Shown: positions 1 through 10,186, numbered from the stretch's first letter. The stretch is 32,000 bases of DNA from Nitrosospira multiformis ATCC 25196 (GCF_000196355.1 NC_007614.1:1380001-1412000); one strand, 5' to 3'. Notes: a model not told the origin generated them from the letters alone. Numbers and translations: made by a program.

Positions 1-314
1 TAATTCACCGGGCGTGGATGGAGTCCGTTGCGAATATCCAGTATTTCGTTGAAATACCGCTTGTAGACCGGGTCGCCGGTGATCACATACGTGCGGGCCA
101 TGCGTGTGAGGTCGTTGGAGGTGTGAAGCAGTTCATCCCCGAGCAGCAGCGCCTGGAACCGGTGCCGTTCCGCGATGTTGATCTCCTGGCGAATACCCAT
201 CGAATGAAAGACGAGGGCACCGATCGCCGCAAGCAGGAGCGCAAGGGTGACATTGGAAAAACTGATAAAGTTTCTGATGTTCATAAACCCATCCCGCTGC
301 AATTGCCCGTCCAT
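1..314 (-). CDS. Partial CDS (N-terminus only, runs off the left edge): membrane sensor / signal-transduction protein
   Basis: Reverse-strand reading gives MDGQLQRDGFMNIRNFISFSNVTLALLLAAIGALVFHSMGIRQEINIAERHRFQALLLGDELLHTSNDLTRMARTYVITGDPVYKRYFNEILDIRNG..., open to the window edge. One N-terminal TM helix is followed by a helical sensor segment typical of histidine kinases or chemoreceptors. Not in the supplied ORF track because it is truncated. Confidence 0.6.
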   Translation of the reverse strand, partial: MDGQLQRDGFMNIRNFISFSNVTLALLLAAIGALVFHSMGIRQEINIAERHRFQALLLGDELLHTSNDLTRMARTYVITGDPVYKRYFNEILDIRNGLHPRPVN

Positions 315-539
315 TTTCTATCGCATCAATTGCCTGTTTTAATTTTATACGCCTGGACTCCGGAGCGCGATTTATTTACAGACTCCTGTATCGAGCCGGG
401 GGGGATATACGGCAAGCGGCTTCCCTCCCGCTTTTCTAAAAGAAAGAACGGTAACCCGCTCTATTTCTTCATTTCCATGCAATGCTGTTGAAATGAACCG
501 GTGTTAGATTTCCTGGTATCAATCCACAGGAGGAAAAAG

Positions 540-1556
540 ATGCGTTCATATCACTCCCGGCTGGTTTTTGCGATTCTGGCAATTCTGCTTAGCTTCAGTG
601 CAGCGGTTGCCGCGCTGCATAGCATGTCCGCGAACTACAGTTCCGATGCAAGTCACAAAATGTTCGATGATTTCAACAAGGCGTTTATCAAGCACTGGAA
701 AACGCGAACGGGTGTGGAGGTGACGATCCGCCATGCGGAAAGCAAGCCAGGCATACCTCTCCGGGCGAATATAGATGGACTCGATGTTACGTCAATTGCT
801 CTGTCCTATGATCCGGAGATACTGCAAAAAACCAATAGATTTTCGTTACCTGACTGGCAAAAACCCCTCCCACGAAAATCACCATATACCTCAACCATTG
901 TCTTTCTGGTGCGCAATGGCAACCCGAAGAAGGTGCGGGATTGGAATGATCTCGCGAACCCGGGTATCGAGATTGTAACTTCCAATCCAAAGACTTCGGG
1001 GGATGCACGCTGGAGTTACCTGGCCGCCTGGGGGTATGCGCTCAAACAGTCCCGAGGAAGTGATGTAACGGCGATCGAATTCATAAAAAAAATATTTGGC
1101 AACGTAAAGACTCTGGAAAACGGAACGCGCAGTTCAGTAATAACTTTCGTCGAACGCGGCAGAGGGGATGTGCTGCTGATTTGGGAAAATGAAGCCCACC
1201 TGATCGTCAAAGAGCATGGTGGAGACAAATTTGAGATCATTACCCCCTCCTTCTCAATCCTGGCCGAACCCACTGTGAACATAGTAAGTGATGCCGCCTC
1301 ACAGAATGGAACGCGTGAAGTGGCCAAGGCTTACGTCGATTATCTCTACACACTGAAGGCCCAGGAAATAGCAGCCAGACACTATTATCGCCCGCGTGAT
1401 GAGAGGATAGCCGCCAGGTATTCGAGGCAATTTCCATCTCTCGAATTGTTTACCGTCGATGAAATGTTTGGAGGCTGGAAGGAGGCTCGAAACATCCATT
1501 TTGCGGACGGCGGCATTTTCGACCGAATTCAAACGCATTCAAGCGCGTTTCACTGA
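540..1556 (+). CDS. Sulfate/thiosulfate ABC transporter substrate-binding protein homologue (orphan, divergent)
   Basis: SPYTSTIVFLVRNGNPKKVRDWNDL, NPKTSGDARWSYLAAWGYAL, FVERGRGDVLLIWENEA, QEIAARHYYRPRD and LFTVDEMFGGWKEA match the Sbp/CysP family. Start taken at ATG 540, behind AGGAGGAAAAAG. Confidence 0.9.
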   Translation: MRSYHSRLVFAILAILLSFSAAVAALHSMSANYSSDASHKMFDDFNKAFIKHWKTRTGVEVTIRHAESKPGIPLRANIDGLDVTSIALSYDPEILQKTNRFSLPDWQKPLPRKSPYTSTIVFLVRNGNPKKVRDWNDLANPGIEIVTSNPKTSGDARWSYLAAWGYALKQSRGSDVTAIEFIKKIFGNVKTLENGTRSSVITFVERGRGDVLLIWENEAHLIVKEHGGDKFEIITPSFSILAEPTVNIVSDAASQNGTREVAKAYVDYLYTLKAQEIAARHYYRPRDERIAARYSRQFPSLELFTVDEMFGGWKEARNIHFADGGIFDRIQTHSSAFH

Positions 1557-1740
1557 AATTGCAGCCGCCTGTCAGTATGGGAGTATTTCCAACTGACATT
1601 CATGCCTACCACAATCTTCTGCAAAAATTCCTCCTATCTTTCCGACTGTAATTTCCCCTCTTTCAAACCCGCAGCTTCGTCGAAATAATTCTTCCGGGTT
1701 TCTCACCTTTTTCTTTGTTGCTGACTGCTTTTTGCTTCAA

Positions 1741-1779
1741 CCACCTTCAGCTCCTCAGTTTCCTTGAGGGGGAAGGTGG
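1741..1779. other. Long imperfect intergenic hairpin
   Basis: Outer arms CCACCTTC (1741-1748) / GAAGGTGG (1772-1779), with inner pairing CTCCTCA / TGAGGGG. Confidence 0.5.
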
Positions 1780-2025
1780 CCGCGAGCAGGAGCAGGCTTT
1801 TTGCACAACTATGCGTTTTGCAACAGAGACTTATGGTATTCGTCGAAATGCGGCTAATTGACTTTTTCCAATTTATGTGCGCCAGCGCACTGAGCCATAA
1901 GCGATAGCGCGAGATGATTGAATCGTAGGATCGTAAGCTAAGCCGGTGTGGAGCAGGGCATGGATGGCCTTTAGCTGCGCGTCATTGGCGACCCTTAATT
2001 CAAATCTAGTCGGGAGAAAAACAGC

Positions 2026-2625
2026 ATGAGTATTCAAAATAAATCGCTTGTTCTGACCATTGCGCTCATCAGTGCGCTTGCCTTCGCAGGTTGCGGAAAG
2101 AAAGAGGAGAAAGCCCCTGCCCCGGGGGAGCCGAAGTCGGAGGCTCAAACAGCTCCAACGACGATTGGCACCGAGATCGACGATACCGCGATTACTACTA
2201 AAGTAAAAACTGCGCTTCTGGCGGATGATTACGTCAAGGGACTGGATATCAAGGTGGAGACTCGTAAAGGGGAAGTTCAACTCAGTGGATACGTGGATAG
2301 CCAGGAGCAGATTGACAAAGCGGTTGCCATTGCGAAGGGTATTGAAGGCGTCAAAAACGTCAACAATGAAATGATGGTAAAAGGAGGCGAAGCCTCGGTA
2401 GGCGAAAAGATCGATGACACTATCATCACTACGAAGATCAAGGCTGCGCTGGCAGGGGATGACAATATCAAGAACAGTACTGACATCGCGGTAGAGACTC
2501 AGGAGGGGGAGGTTCAGCTTAGCGGTCATGCGAACGATCAGGCCCAGATGGATCGTGCCGTCGCGGTTGCACGAGGGGTTGAAGGGGTCAAGAACGTCGT
2601 CAATAAAATGAGCATCAAGGAATAG
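2026..2625 (+). CDS. Lipoprotein with two BON domains (copy 1)
   Basis: Lipobox-like ALAFAGC; two repeats of the type DDTAITTKVKTALLADDYVKGLDIKVETRKGEVQLSGYVDSQEQIDKAVAIAKGIEGVKNVNNEM, typical of BON/OsmY-like proteins. Confidence 0.9.
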   Translation: MSIQNKSLVLTIALISALAFAGCGKKEEKAPAPGEPKSEAQTAPTTIGTEIDDTAITTKVKTALLADDYVKGLDIKVETRKGEVQLSGYVDSQEQIDKAVAIAKGIEGVKNVNNEMMVKGGEASVGEKIDDTIITTKIKAALAGDDNIKNSTDIAVETQEGEVQLSGHANDQAQMDRAVAVARGVEGVKNVVNKMSIKE

Positions 2626-2699
2626 GAATCAAAAGCGTCTGCACCGCGGCGCTTATTTCAGGACTTTTAACTCAATCAAACCAGAAAGAGGAGCTAAAA

Positions 2700-2918
2700 A
2701 TGAACTGGGATCAAGTAGAAGGCAACTGGAAGCAATTCAAGGGTAAAGTGAAAGAGCAGTGGGGCAAGCTCACCGACGATCATATCGACCAGATCGCCGG
2801 ACGGAAGGATCAACTCTCTGGCCAGATCCAGGAAACGTACGGGATCACGAAGGAAGAAGCCGAGAAACAGATCGACGAATGGGAAAAACAGCAGGATACA
2901 CATCGTCGCTCCTATTAA
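2700..2918 (+). CDS. CsbD-like stress protein (copy 1)
   Basis: MNWDQVEGNWKQFKGKVKEQWGKLTDDHIDQIAGRKDQLSGQIQETYGITKEEAEKQIDEWEKQ is a canonical CsbD-like protein; AGAGGAGC ribosome binding site upstream. Confidence 0.95.
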   Translation: MNWDQVEGNWKQFKGKVKEQWGKLTDDHIDQIAGRKDQLSGQIQETYGITKEEAEKQIDEWEKQQDTHRRSY

Positions 2919-2939
2919 AGAGAAAAGTGGACCGGTAGG

Positions 2940-2957
2940 GGGCTGGTTTGCCAGCCC
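2940..2957 (+). other. Perfect stem-loop between the duplicated modules
   Basis: GGGCTGG-TTTG-CCAGCCC, 7 bp stem and 4 nt loop, no U-tract. Confidence 0.5.
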
Positions 2958-2992
2958 AAGTACAAAATAAAACCATCAAAAACGAGGGAATC

Positions 2993-3571
2993 ATGCATAA
3001 ATCAAATGTCATTCTTGTCGCACTTGGCTTTTCAATCAGCTCCGCCCTGATGGCCCAGCAACATGCCTCGGGAGAACCTAAGTCGGAGGCTCAAACAGCT
3101 CCAACGACGATTGGCACCGAGATCGACGATACCGCGATTACCACTAAAGTAAAAACTGCGCTTCTGGCGGACGATCACGTCAAGGGGCTGGATATCAAGG
3201 TGGAGACGCGCAAGGGAGTGGTCCAGCTCAGCGGGTATGTGGATAGCCAGAAGCAGATTGACAAGGCCGTTGCGATTACAAAGGGTATCAAGGGGGTAAA
3301 ACACGTTGACAACAAAATGATGGTAAAGGGGGGCGAGGCCTCCGTCGGCGAGACGATAGATGACAGTATTATCAGCACCAAGGTCAAGGCCGCACTGGCG
3401 GGTGATGACAGCATCAAGAACAGTACTGACATCGCGGTGGAAACCCACGAAGGGAAGGTTCAACTCAGCGGGTATGCAAACGATAAAGCGCAGATGCATC
3501 GCGCCGTCGAGGTTGCCCGTGGCGTTGAAGGTGTCAAGAGCGTCGTCAATAAAATAAGCATCAAGCGATAG
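2993..3571 (+). CDS. Periplasmic protein with two BON domains (copy 2)
   Basis: From SGEPKSEAQTAPTTIGTEIDDTAITTKVKTALLADDHVKGLDIKVETRKG onward it closely matches the 2026 ORF, but the leader is MHKSNVILVALGFSISSALMAQQ. Start taken at ATG 2993, preceded by GAGGGAATC. Confidence 0.9.
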   Translation: MHKSNVILVALGFSISSALMAQQHASGEPKSEAQTAPTTIGTEIDDTAITTKVKTALLADDHVKGLDIKVETRKGVVQLSGYVDSQKQIDKAVAITKGIKGVKHVDNKMMVKGGEASVGETIDDSIISTKVKAALAGDDSIKNSTDIAVETHEGKVQLSGYANDKAQMHRAVEVARGVEGVKSVVNKISIKR

Positions 3572-3662
3572 GAATTCGAGATTGTCGACAGTAGATCGGT
3601 ATCAATGAGCATGCATGCTCAAGAGTTTTCAAACGGGATAAGCCTTAAAGGAGGAGCTAAAA

Positions 3663-3881
3663 ATGAACTGGGATCAAGTAGAAGGCAATTGGAAGCAATT
3701 CAAGGGTAAAGTGAAAGAGCAGTGGGGCAAGCTCACCGACGATCATATCGACCAGATCGCCGGACGGAAGGATCAACTCTCCGGCCAGATCCAGGAATCA
3801 TACGGAATCACGAAGGAAGAAGCCGAGAAACAGATCGACGAATGGGAAAAACGGCAGGACACGCATCATCGTTCCTATTGA
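3663..3881 (+). CDS. CsbD-like stress protein (copy 2)
   Basis: Nearly identical to the 2700-2918 product; AAAGGAGGAGCT ribosome binding site upstream. Confidence 0.95.
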   Translation: MNWDQVEGNWKQFKGKVKEQWGKLTDDHIDQIAGRKDQLSGQIQESYGITKEEAEKQIDEWEKRQDTHHRSY

Positions 3882-3969
3882 AGGGAAAGGAAGGGAGAAA
3901 CGGGGAATGAAGGGCCGTTTGCCGTTTCTCTGTCCGAATCACAAGTCAAACTATCAAAGCGAGGGGATC

Positions 3970-4386
3970 ATGGGGAAATCAAATGTCATTCTTGTCGCAC
4001 TCGGCTTCGCGGTGAGTTCAGCCGTGGTAGCGCAGCAACAGCGGCTGCCATCCGATGTCTATGAAGTATATACGGCCGACAAGGAGCGCATCGAGCGTGA
4101 ATACAAGGCGGACAAGCAGCGCTGTGATTCCCTTGATGGCAATGCCGAGGATATATGTGAGGCGGAAGCCAAAGGTCGGGAAGAAGTTGCAAAGGCCGAG
4201 CTGGAAGATAAGTACAGGCCATCGAAAGAAAGCCGGTACGAAGTGCGGGCGGCAAAAGCGAAAGCTGACTATCGGGTGGCGAAAGAGCGATGTGATGACT
4301 TATCAGGCAATGTGAAGGATGTGTGTCTAGAAGAAGCAAAAGCTGCGCAAGCGGCTGCGATAGCGGATGCCAAGAGGGAAGATTAG
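3970..4386 (+). CDS. Hypothetical secreted, highly charged alpha-helical protein
   Basis: Signal peptide MGKSNVILVALGFAVSSAVVAQQ, then a Lys/Glu/Ala-rich helical region with two similar Cys-containing segments (RCDSLDGNAEDICEAEAKG and RCDDLSGNVKDVCLEEAKA). Start taken at ATG 3970. Confidence 0.75.
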   Translation: MGKSNVILVALGFAVSSAVVAQQQRLPSDVYEVYTADKERIEREYKADKQRCDSLDGNAEDICEAEAKGREEVAKAELEDKYRPSKESRYEVRAAKAKADYRVAKERCDDLSGNVKDVCLEEAKAAQAAAIADAKRED

Positions 4387-4554
4387 GAATCTCTGGACAG
4401 ATTCCTCTTGCGGGAGGTTTTCCATCAGCACAATACTCAGAAGAGCGGGCTTGAGGAATATACCCCTGGCAAGTAAAGCAAGCGTCATCTAGCCCAGGCA
4501 GGATGCAAGGGCGGCGCTTGTCGATAACTTCATGATAATGAAAAGGAGGCTATC

Positions 4555-4704
4555 ATGCTTTACACAATCGCTGTTGTTTTGATCATCCTGTGGCTCTTGG
4601 GATTGGTCAGTTCCTATACGATGGGGGGCTTCATACACCTTCTTCTGGTAATAGCCATCGTAATGATTCTGCTTCGCGTAATCAGCGGGCGAAAACCGCT
4701 TTAA
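4555..4704 (+). CDS. Small hydrophobic protein, Lmo0937-like family
   Basis: MLYTIAVVLIILWLLGLVSSYTMGGFIHLLLVIAIVMILLRVISGRKPL*, preceded by AAAAGGAGG. Too short for the supplied ORF track. Two TM segments. Confidence 0.85.
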   Translation: MLYTIAVVLIILWLLGLVSSYTMGGFIHLLLVIAIVMILLRVISGRKPL

Positions 4705-4750
4705 TTATTTACGCCCGTGACGCCGCAGGCGAGCCGATGAGGAGAATGAC

Positions 4751-5170
4751 ATGCAAAAGATAAGCGAAGTGATGAGTTCGGATGTGCAGACCATCAGCCC
4801 GGATGCAACCATTGAGGAGGCGGCCCAGGAAATGCGCGACGGCGACTTCGGGCTTTTGCCCGTGGGAGATGAAGAGCAGTTGCTGGGGGTCATCACTGAT
4901 CGAGACATTGCTATCAGAGCGGTCGCGGAGGGCAGGGGGCCAAGTACTCCCGTCAGTGAAATCATGTCCGAAGGCGTGATCTGGGCTCATGAGGATGATT
5001 CCATAGAGGAAGCAGCCGAGATCATGAGTGATAACCAGATTCGCCGCCTGCCGGTCGTAAACGCCGAACAACGACTGGTGGGAATCGTCTCTCTCGGAGA
5101 TTTTGCAGTGGATGCTTCCGATATCGGCCCGGTTGCGGATGCGCTTACCGAAATTTCCAATCCGTCGTGA
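4751..5170 (+). CDS. CBS-domain-pair protein
   Basis: Two CBS repeats: SDVQTISPDATIEEAAQEMRDGDFGLLPVGDEEQLLGVITDRDIAIRA and MSEGVIWAHEDDSIEEAAEIMSDNQIRRLPVVNAEQRLVGIVSLGDFA. Confidence 0.9.
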   Translation: MQKISEVMSSDVQTISPDATIEEAAQEMRDGDFGLLPVGDEEQLLGVITDRDIAIRAVAEGRGPSTPVSEIMSEGVIWAHEDDSIEEAAEIMSDNQIRRLPVVNAEQRLVGIVSLGDFAVDASDIGPVADALTEISNPS

Positions 5171-5180
5171 GTTTATTCAG

Positions 5181-5211
5181 GAAAGCATTCGGGCTTCCTC
5201 CGGATGCTTTC
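5181..5211. terminator. Possible convergent terminator hairpin between the CBS gene and guaA
   Basis: GAAAGCATTCGG (5181-5192) / CCGGATGCTTTC (5200-5211): 12 bp stem with one G-U pair and a 7 nt loop. No strong U-tract. Overlaps the guaA stop codon. Confidence 0.5.
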
Positions 5212-6772
5212 ATTCCCACTCTATAGTGGCTGGCGGCTTGCCGGAGATATCATAGACCACGCGATTTATTCCACGTACTTCGTTCACGATGCGGCTGGAT
5301 ATTCTCGCGAGCAGGGCGTAAGGCAGTTCCGCCCAGCGTGCCGTCATGAAGTCCTCTGTCTGAACGGCGCGCAGGGCTACGACAAAATCATAAGTGCGGC
5401 CGTCGCCCATCACCCCCACCGATTTCACCGGTAGAAAGACCGCGAATGCCTGAGACGTTTTTTCATACCAGCCCGCATTGCGTAATTCCTCGATGAAGAT
5501 TGCATCGGCACGCCGCAATAACTCGGCATACTCGCGCTTGACTTCACCGAGAATACGCACTCCAAGCCCCGGTCCGGGAAAAGGGTGACGAAAGACCATA
5601 TCGTGCGGCAGCCCCAGGGTCAGTCCAAGCTCGCGTACTTCATCCTTGAACAATTCCCGCAATGGCTCCAGAAGCTTCAGATGCAATGTTTCCGGCAGGC
5701 CGCCGACATTGTGGTGGGATTTGATCGTGTTTGCCTTTTTTGTTTTGGCGCCGGCGGATTCGATGACGTCCGGATAAATCGTGCCCTGCGCAAGCCAGCG
5801 CGCATTAGCGATTTTTGCTGCTTCCCGCTGGAATACCTCGACGAATTCGCGTCCGATAATGCGGCGCTTCGCTTCCGGATCCGTAATGCCTTGCAAATGT
5901 CCTAAGAATTCTTCGCTGGCATCGACATGAATGACTTTTACGCCGAGATTCCGGCTGAAGGTGTCCATTACCTGTTCGGCCTCATTCAGGCGCAGCAGGC
6001 CGTTGTCCACGAAAACACAGGTAAGCTGCTTGCCAATAGCACGATGAATGAGTGCCGCTGCAACCGAGGAATCCACACCTCCGGACAGCCCTAGAATAAC
6101 CTCGTCCGGTCCCACTTCGGAACGGATTCTGCCAACCATTTCCTCCAGATAGTCGGGCATGTTCCAGTCATAAGCGAGTCCGCAAATTTCATGGACAAAC
6201 CTGTCTATAATGGCTTTGCCTTGCGGGGTATGAGTGACCTCCGGATGGAATTGCATTCCGTAGAACCTGCGCGCTCCATCCGCTATGGCAGCCAAGGGGG
6301 TGGCAGGATTGCTTGCCATGACCTGGAAACCGGGAGGAAGAGTGTTTACGCTGTCGCCGTGGCTCATCCACACATCCAGAAGCTTTTGGCGCGATGCATC
6401 AGTACGATCATGGATATCCTGAAGCAGGCCGGCAAGGTTTTTTACCTGCAATTCGGCGTAACCGAATTCCCGCACCTTCGAGTTTTCAACTGAACCACCC
6501 AACTGGGCCGCCATGGTTTGCATGCCATAGCAGATGCCCATTACCGGCACTCCCAGCTCAAAGACGATCTGGGGAGCGCGGGGCGTTTCATTCTCGGCCA
6601 CAGAGGCTGGCCCCCCGGAAAGGATAATGCCTGCCGGAGCGAAATTCCCGATGAATTGCGAGCTTATGTCAAAAGGATGAATTTCACAGTAGGCATTGCT
6701 TTCCCGCACGCGGCGGGCAATCAACTGCGTATATTGGGAACCAAAGTCAAGGATGAGTATTTTTTGATGCAT
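5210..6772 (-). CDS. guaA: GMP synthase (glutamine-hydrolysing)
   Basis: GAT domain [20 protein letters not shown]; ATP-pyrophosphatase motif [21 protein letters not shown]; C-terminus [14 protein letters not shown]. Start taken at [11 protein letters not shown]. Confidence 0.98.
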
Positions 6773-6931
6773 GACCAAAGCTCTCGGACCCGATCATAGG
6801 AGCATTCAGAGAGCGGGAATTCGTCCTAAAATGTATTGCTGTCAGTGAAGAGGGGAGGAAAGCAGCAGGGCAACCGAAGGTGCAACAGTTAGGCTGAGAC
6901 ATATGTTATTGCCATGCACCGTCATTTCCGC

Positions 6932-8404
<1,473 letters not shown>

Positions 8405-8584
8405 TCACAAAGCGGCATTATAGCGAACATGGATGCTATGGGGAATCATCCCGAACGAAGACGAAGCGCAGGAACGATCGAAGCTTTCCTATCTGTTCAT
8501 GCCGTAGGCCACTTGTCGCAATTGTTCACGGCGCACCTCCATTCACAAGCTTGGTTCTTATTTTCGTTCCGGGGTGATGCACAA

Positions 8585-8875
8585 TCACCGTTTTTTTGCA
8601 CGCTTCCTGCGGGCTTCCTTGGGATCGACCCTCAGAGTACGGTAAATTTCTATCCGGTCGCGATCGCGCAGAACCGTGGTTGGCGGGACCAGTTTGCCAT
8701 ATATACCGAGCTTGTTTTTCAGGAGGTCGATCTCGGGAAACCGGGGGAGGATGCCGGATAGTTTTACCGCTTGTTCCACGGTAGTGCCCTCCGGCAAATT
8801 CATCTGCCGTACAACCTGTCTCTCCGGCAATGCATACACCACTTCGATATCAATATTCCGACCAGGAACTTCCAT
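8585..8875 (-). CDS. rnfH: RnfH-family ubiquitin-like protein
   Basis: IDIEVVYALPERQVVRQMNLPEGTTVEQAVKLSGI...LGIYGKLVPPTTVLRDRDRIEIYRTLRVDPKEARRKRA; conserved neighbourhood with ratA and smpB. Confidence 0.9.
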   Translation of the reverse strand: MEVPGRNIDIEVVYALPERQVVRQMNLPEGTTVEQAVKLSGILPRFPEIDLLKNKLGIYGKLVPPTTVLRDRDRIEIYRTLRVDPKEARRKRAKKR

Positions 8876-8899
8876 AGACTTCCCGCCGTCAATACCCGA

Positions 8900-9337
8900 T
8901 CAGGAATTCCCATAAACTTCTTCTGCGCGCTCGATGAATGCTTCCACGAAGCTATTGGCAATGACAAAGAAGACGGGCCCTACCAGTTTTTCCAGAAATA
9001 TGTGCGAGAACGTGTAGTGCAGGCGAAACTCGATCTTGCATGCATTTTCCGCGAGGGGAATGAAGCGCCAGTGCCCATCCAGGTTCTGGAACGGCCCGTT
9101 CAATAATGTCATTGTGATCAGCTCTGGCGGCTTGCGTACGTTCTCGGTCGTGAAACTGTGCTTGATGTGATGATAATCGATCATGATGGTAGCATGGGTG
9201 ACCGCCTCGCTTTTATGCACAACGGAAGACCCCCCGCACCAGGGTAAGAATTTCGGATAATCCTCCACTGCATCCACCAGTTCGAACATGCGGCTTGCGG
9301 AATAACCGATCAGAACCGATTTTTCGATGTCAGCCAT
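8900..9337 (-). CDS. ratA: RatA-family START/COQ10-like protein
   Basis: ADIEKSVLIGYSASRMFELVDAVEDYPKFLPWCGGSSV...FFVIANSFVEAFIERAEEVYG. Confidence 0.9.
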   Translation of the reverse strand: MADIEKSVLIGYSASRMFELVDAVEDYPKFLPWCGGSSVVHKSEAVTHATIMIDYHHIKHSFTTENVRKPPELITMTLLNGPFQNLDGHWRFIPLAENACKIEFRLHYTFSHIFLEKLVGPVFFVIANSFVEAFIERAEEVYGNS

Positions 9338-9570
9338 GCGATGAATTGCCCCGCTTCAGCGAGACAGTATGAAACCTTAAATTGATGGCGGACTGCTCGT
9401 TTTTTGACTTGGAAAATTGATACATATGCATTGTTTTAGTTGCTTGGGTGTTTCCAGCCTATGAACCTGCCGGAGCCTGAACTCCGGCCGGAGCTGCGTC
9501 AGTGCTCCAGCTTGTCCATCTGCCGAATTCAAGGCGAAAGCTGTTAAAATACACGAAACCCGCGTTGAAC

Positions 9571-9618
9571 TCACCCTTTTTCTTCCCTTGAGGACATATC
9601 CAGGGATTTCTTGAACAT
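9571..9618 (-). other. Very short ORF (15 aa) behind a near-perfect Shine-Dalgarno
   Basis: Reverse strand: GGTACGATATAAGGAGGTACG-ATG TTC AAG AAA TCC CTG GAT ATG TCC TCA AGG GAA GAA AAA GGG TGA. Confidence 0.3.
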
Positions 9619-9704
9619 CGTACCTCCTTATATCGTACCTTTTATTCTTTGCGCCCCTTTGCACTCTTTGTGAGCAGCGAGCACCTTGTCTTGAGAATCC
9701 CTGA

Positions 9705-10148
9705 ATGAGCATCGTCCAGAATAAGAAAGCTTTCCATGACTATTTTATCGAGGAGAAGCATGAAGCAGGGGCAGTTCTGGAAGGATGGGAAGTCAAGGCG
9801 ATTCGCGCGGGACGAGCGCAGCTGAAGGAAGCCTATGTCATTATCCGGAACGGTGAATTGTTTCTCATCGGGTGTCATGTCAGTCCCTTGCTGGCAGCTT
9901 CCACCCACATCCAGCCCGACCCGGTTCGTACGCGCAAGCTGTTGTTGCATGCTGAGGAAATCAAACGGCTTATCGGCAAAGTGGAACGGGCGGGCTACAC
10001 CCTGGTTCCACTGGATATCCATTATAAGAAAGGGCGAATCAAGCTTGAAATCGGTCTTGCAAAGGGCAAGAAGCAGCATGACAAACGCGAATCCGAGAAG
10101 CAGAAAGAGTGGGAACGCGACAAGCAGCGGTTGATGCGTCCAAAATAA
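9705..10148 (+). CDS. smpB: SsrA-binding protein
   Basis: [40 protein letters not shown] and [39 protein letters not shown]. Confidence 0.97.
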   Translation: MSIVQNKKAFHDYFIEEKHEAGAVLEGWEVKAIRAGRAQLKEAYVIIRNGELFLIGCHVSPLLAASTHIQPDPVRTRKLLLHAEEIKRLIGKVERAGYTLVPLDIHYKKGRIKLEIGLAKGKKQHDKRESEKQKEWERDKQRLMRPK

Positions 10149-10186
10149 TCCTCGATATTTTATAACCTTAGATCAAATTCCTAGCC

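Larger units (their letters stand above)
2026..3881 (+). repeat. Tandem duplication of a BON gene plus CsbD gene module, offset about 0.95-0.96 kb
   Basis: Near-identical DNA in both BON bodies (e.g. AAGTCGGAGGCTCAAACAGCTCCAACGACGATTGGCACCGAGATCGACGATACCGCGATTAC) and both CsbD genes. The CsbD starts are 963 bp apart. Confidence 0.9.

Noticed and set aside
18-491. 157-codon + strand ORF at the window start
   Set aside because: The opposite strand encodes a credible membrane-sensor N-terminus. This ORF is its antisense shadow.
1873-2529. 218-codon minus-strand ORF opposite the BON gene, with a similar one at 3032..3499
   Set aside because: The two look like a duplicated protein family only because the BON coding DNA they mirror is duplicated.
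2026-3881. BON/CsbD duplication considered as transposon-borne
   Set aside because: No transposase, terminal inverted repeats or target-site duplications seen; homologous tandem duplication explains it.
8585-9337. rnfH-ratA considered as a toxin-antitoxin module
   Set aside because: The pair has been discussed as RatAB, but it sits in its conserved housekeeping neighbourhood with smpB. RatA-type proteins are START/COQ10-like, so a defence or TA role is not supported from sequence alone.
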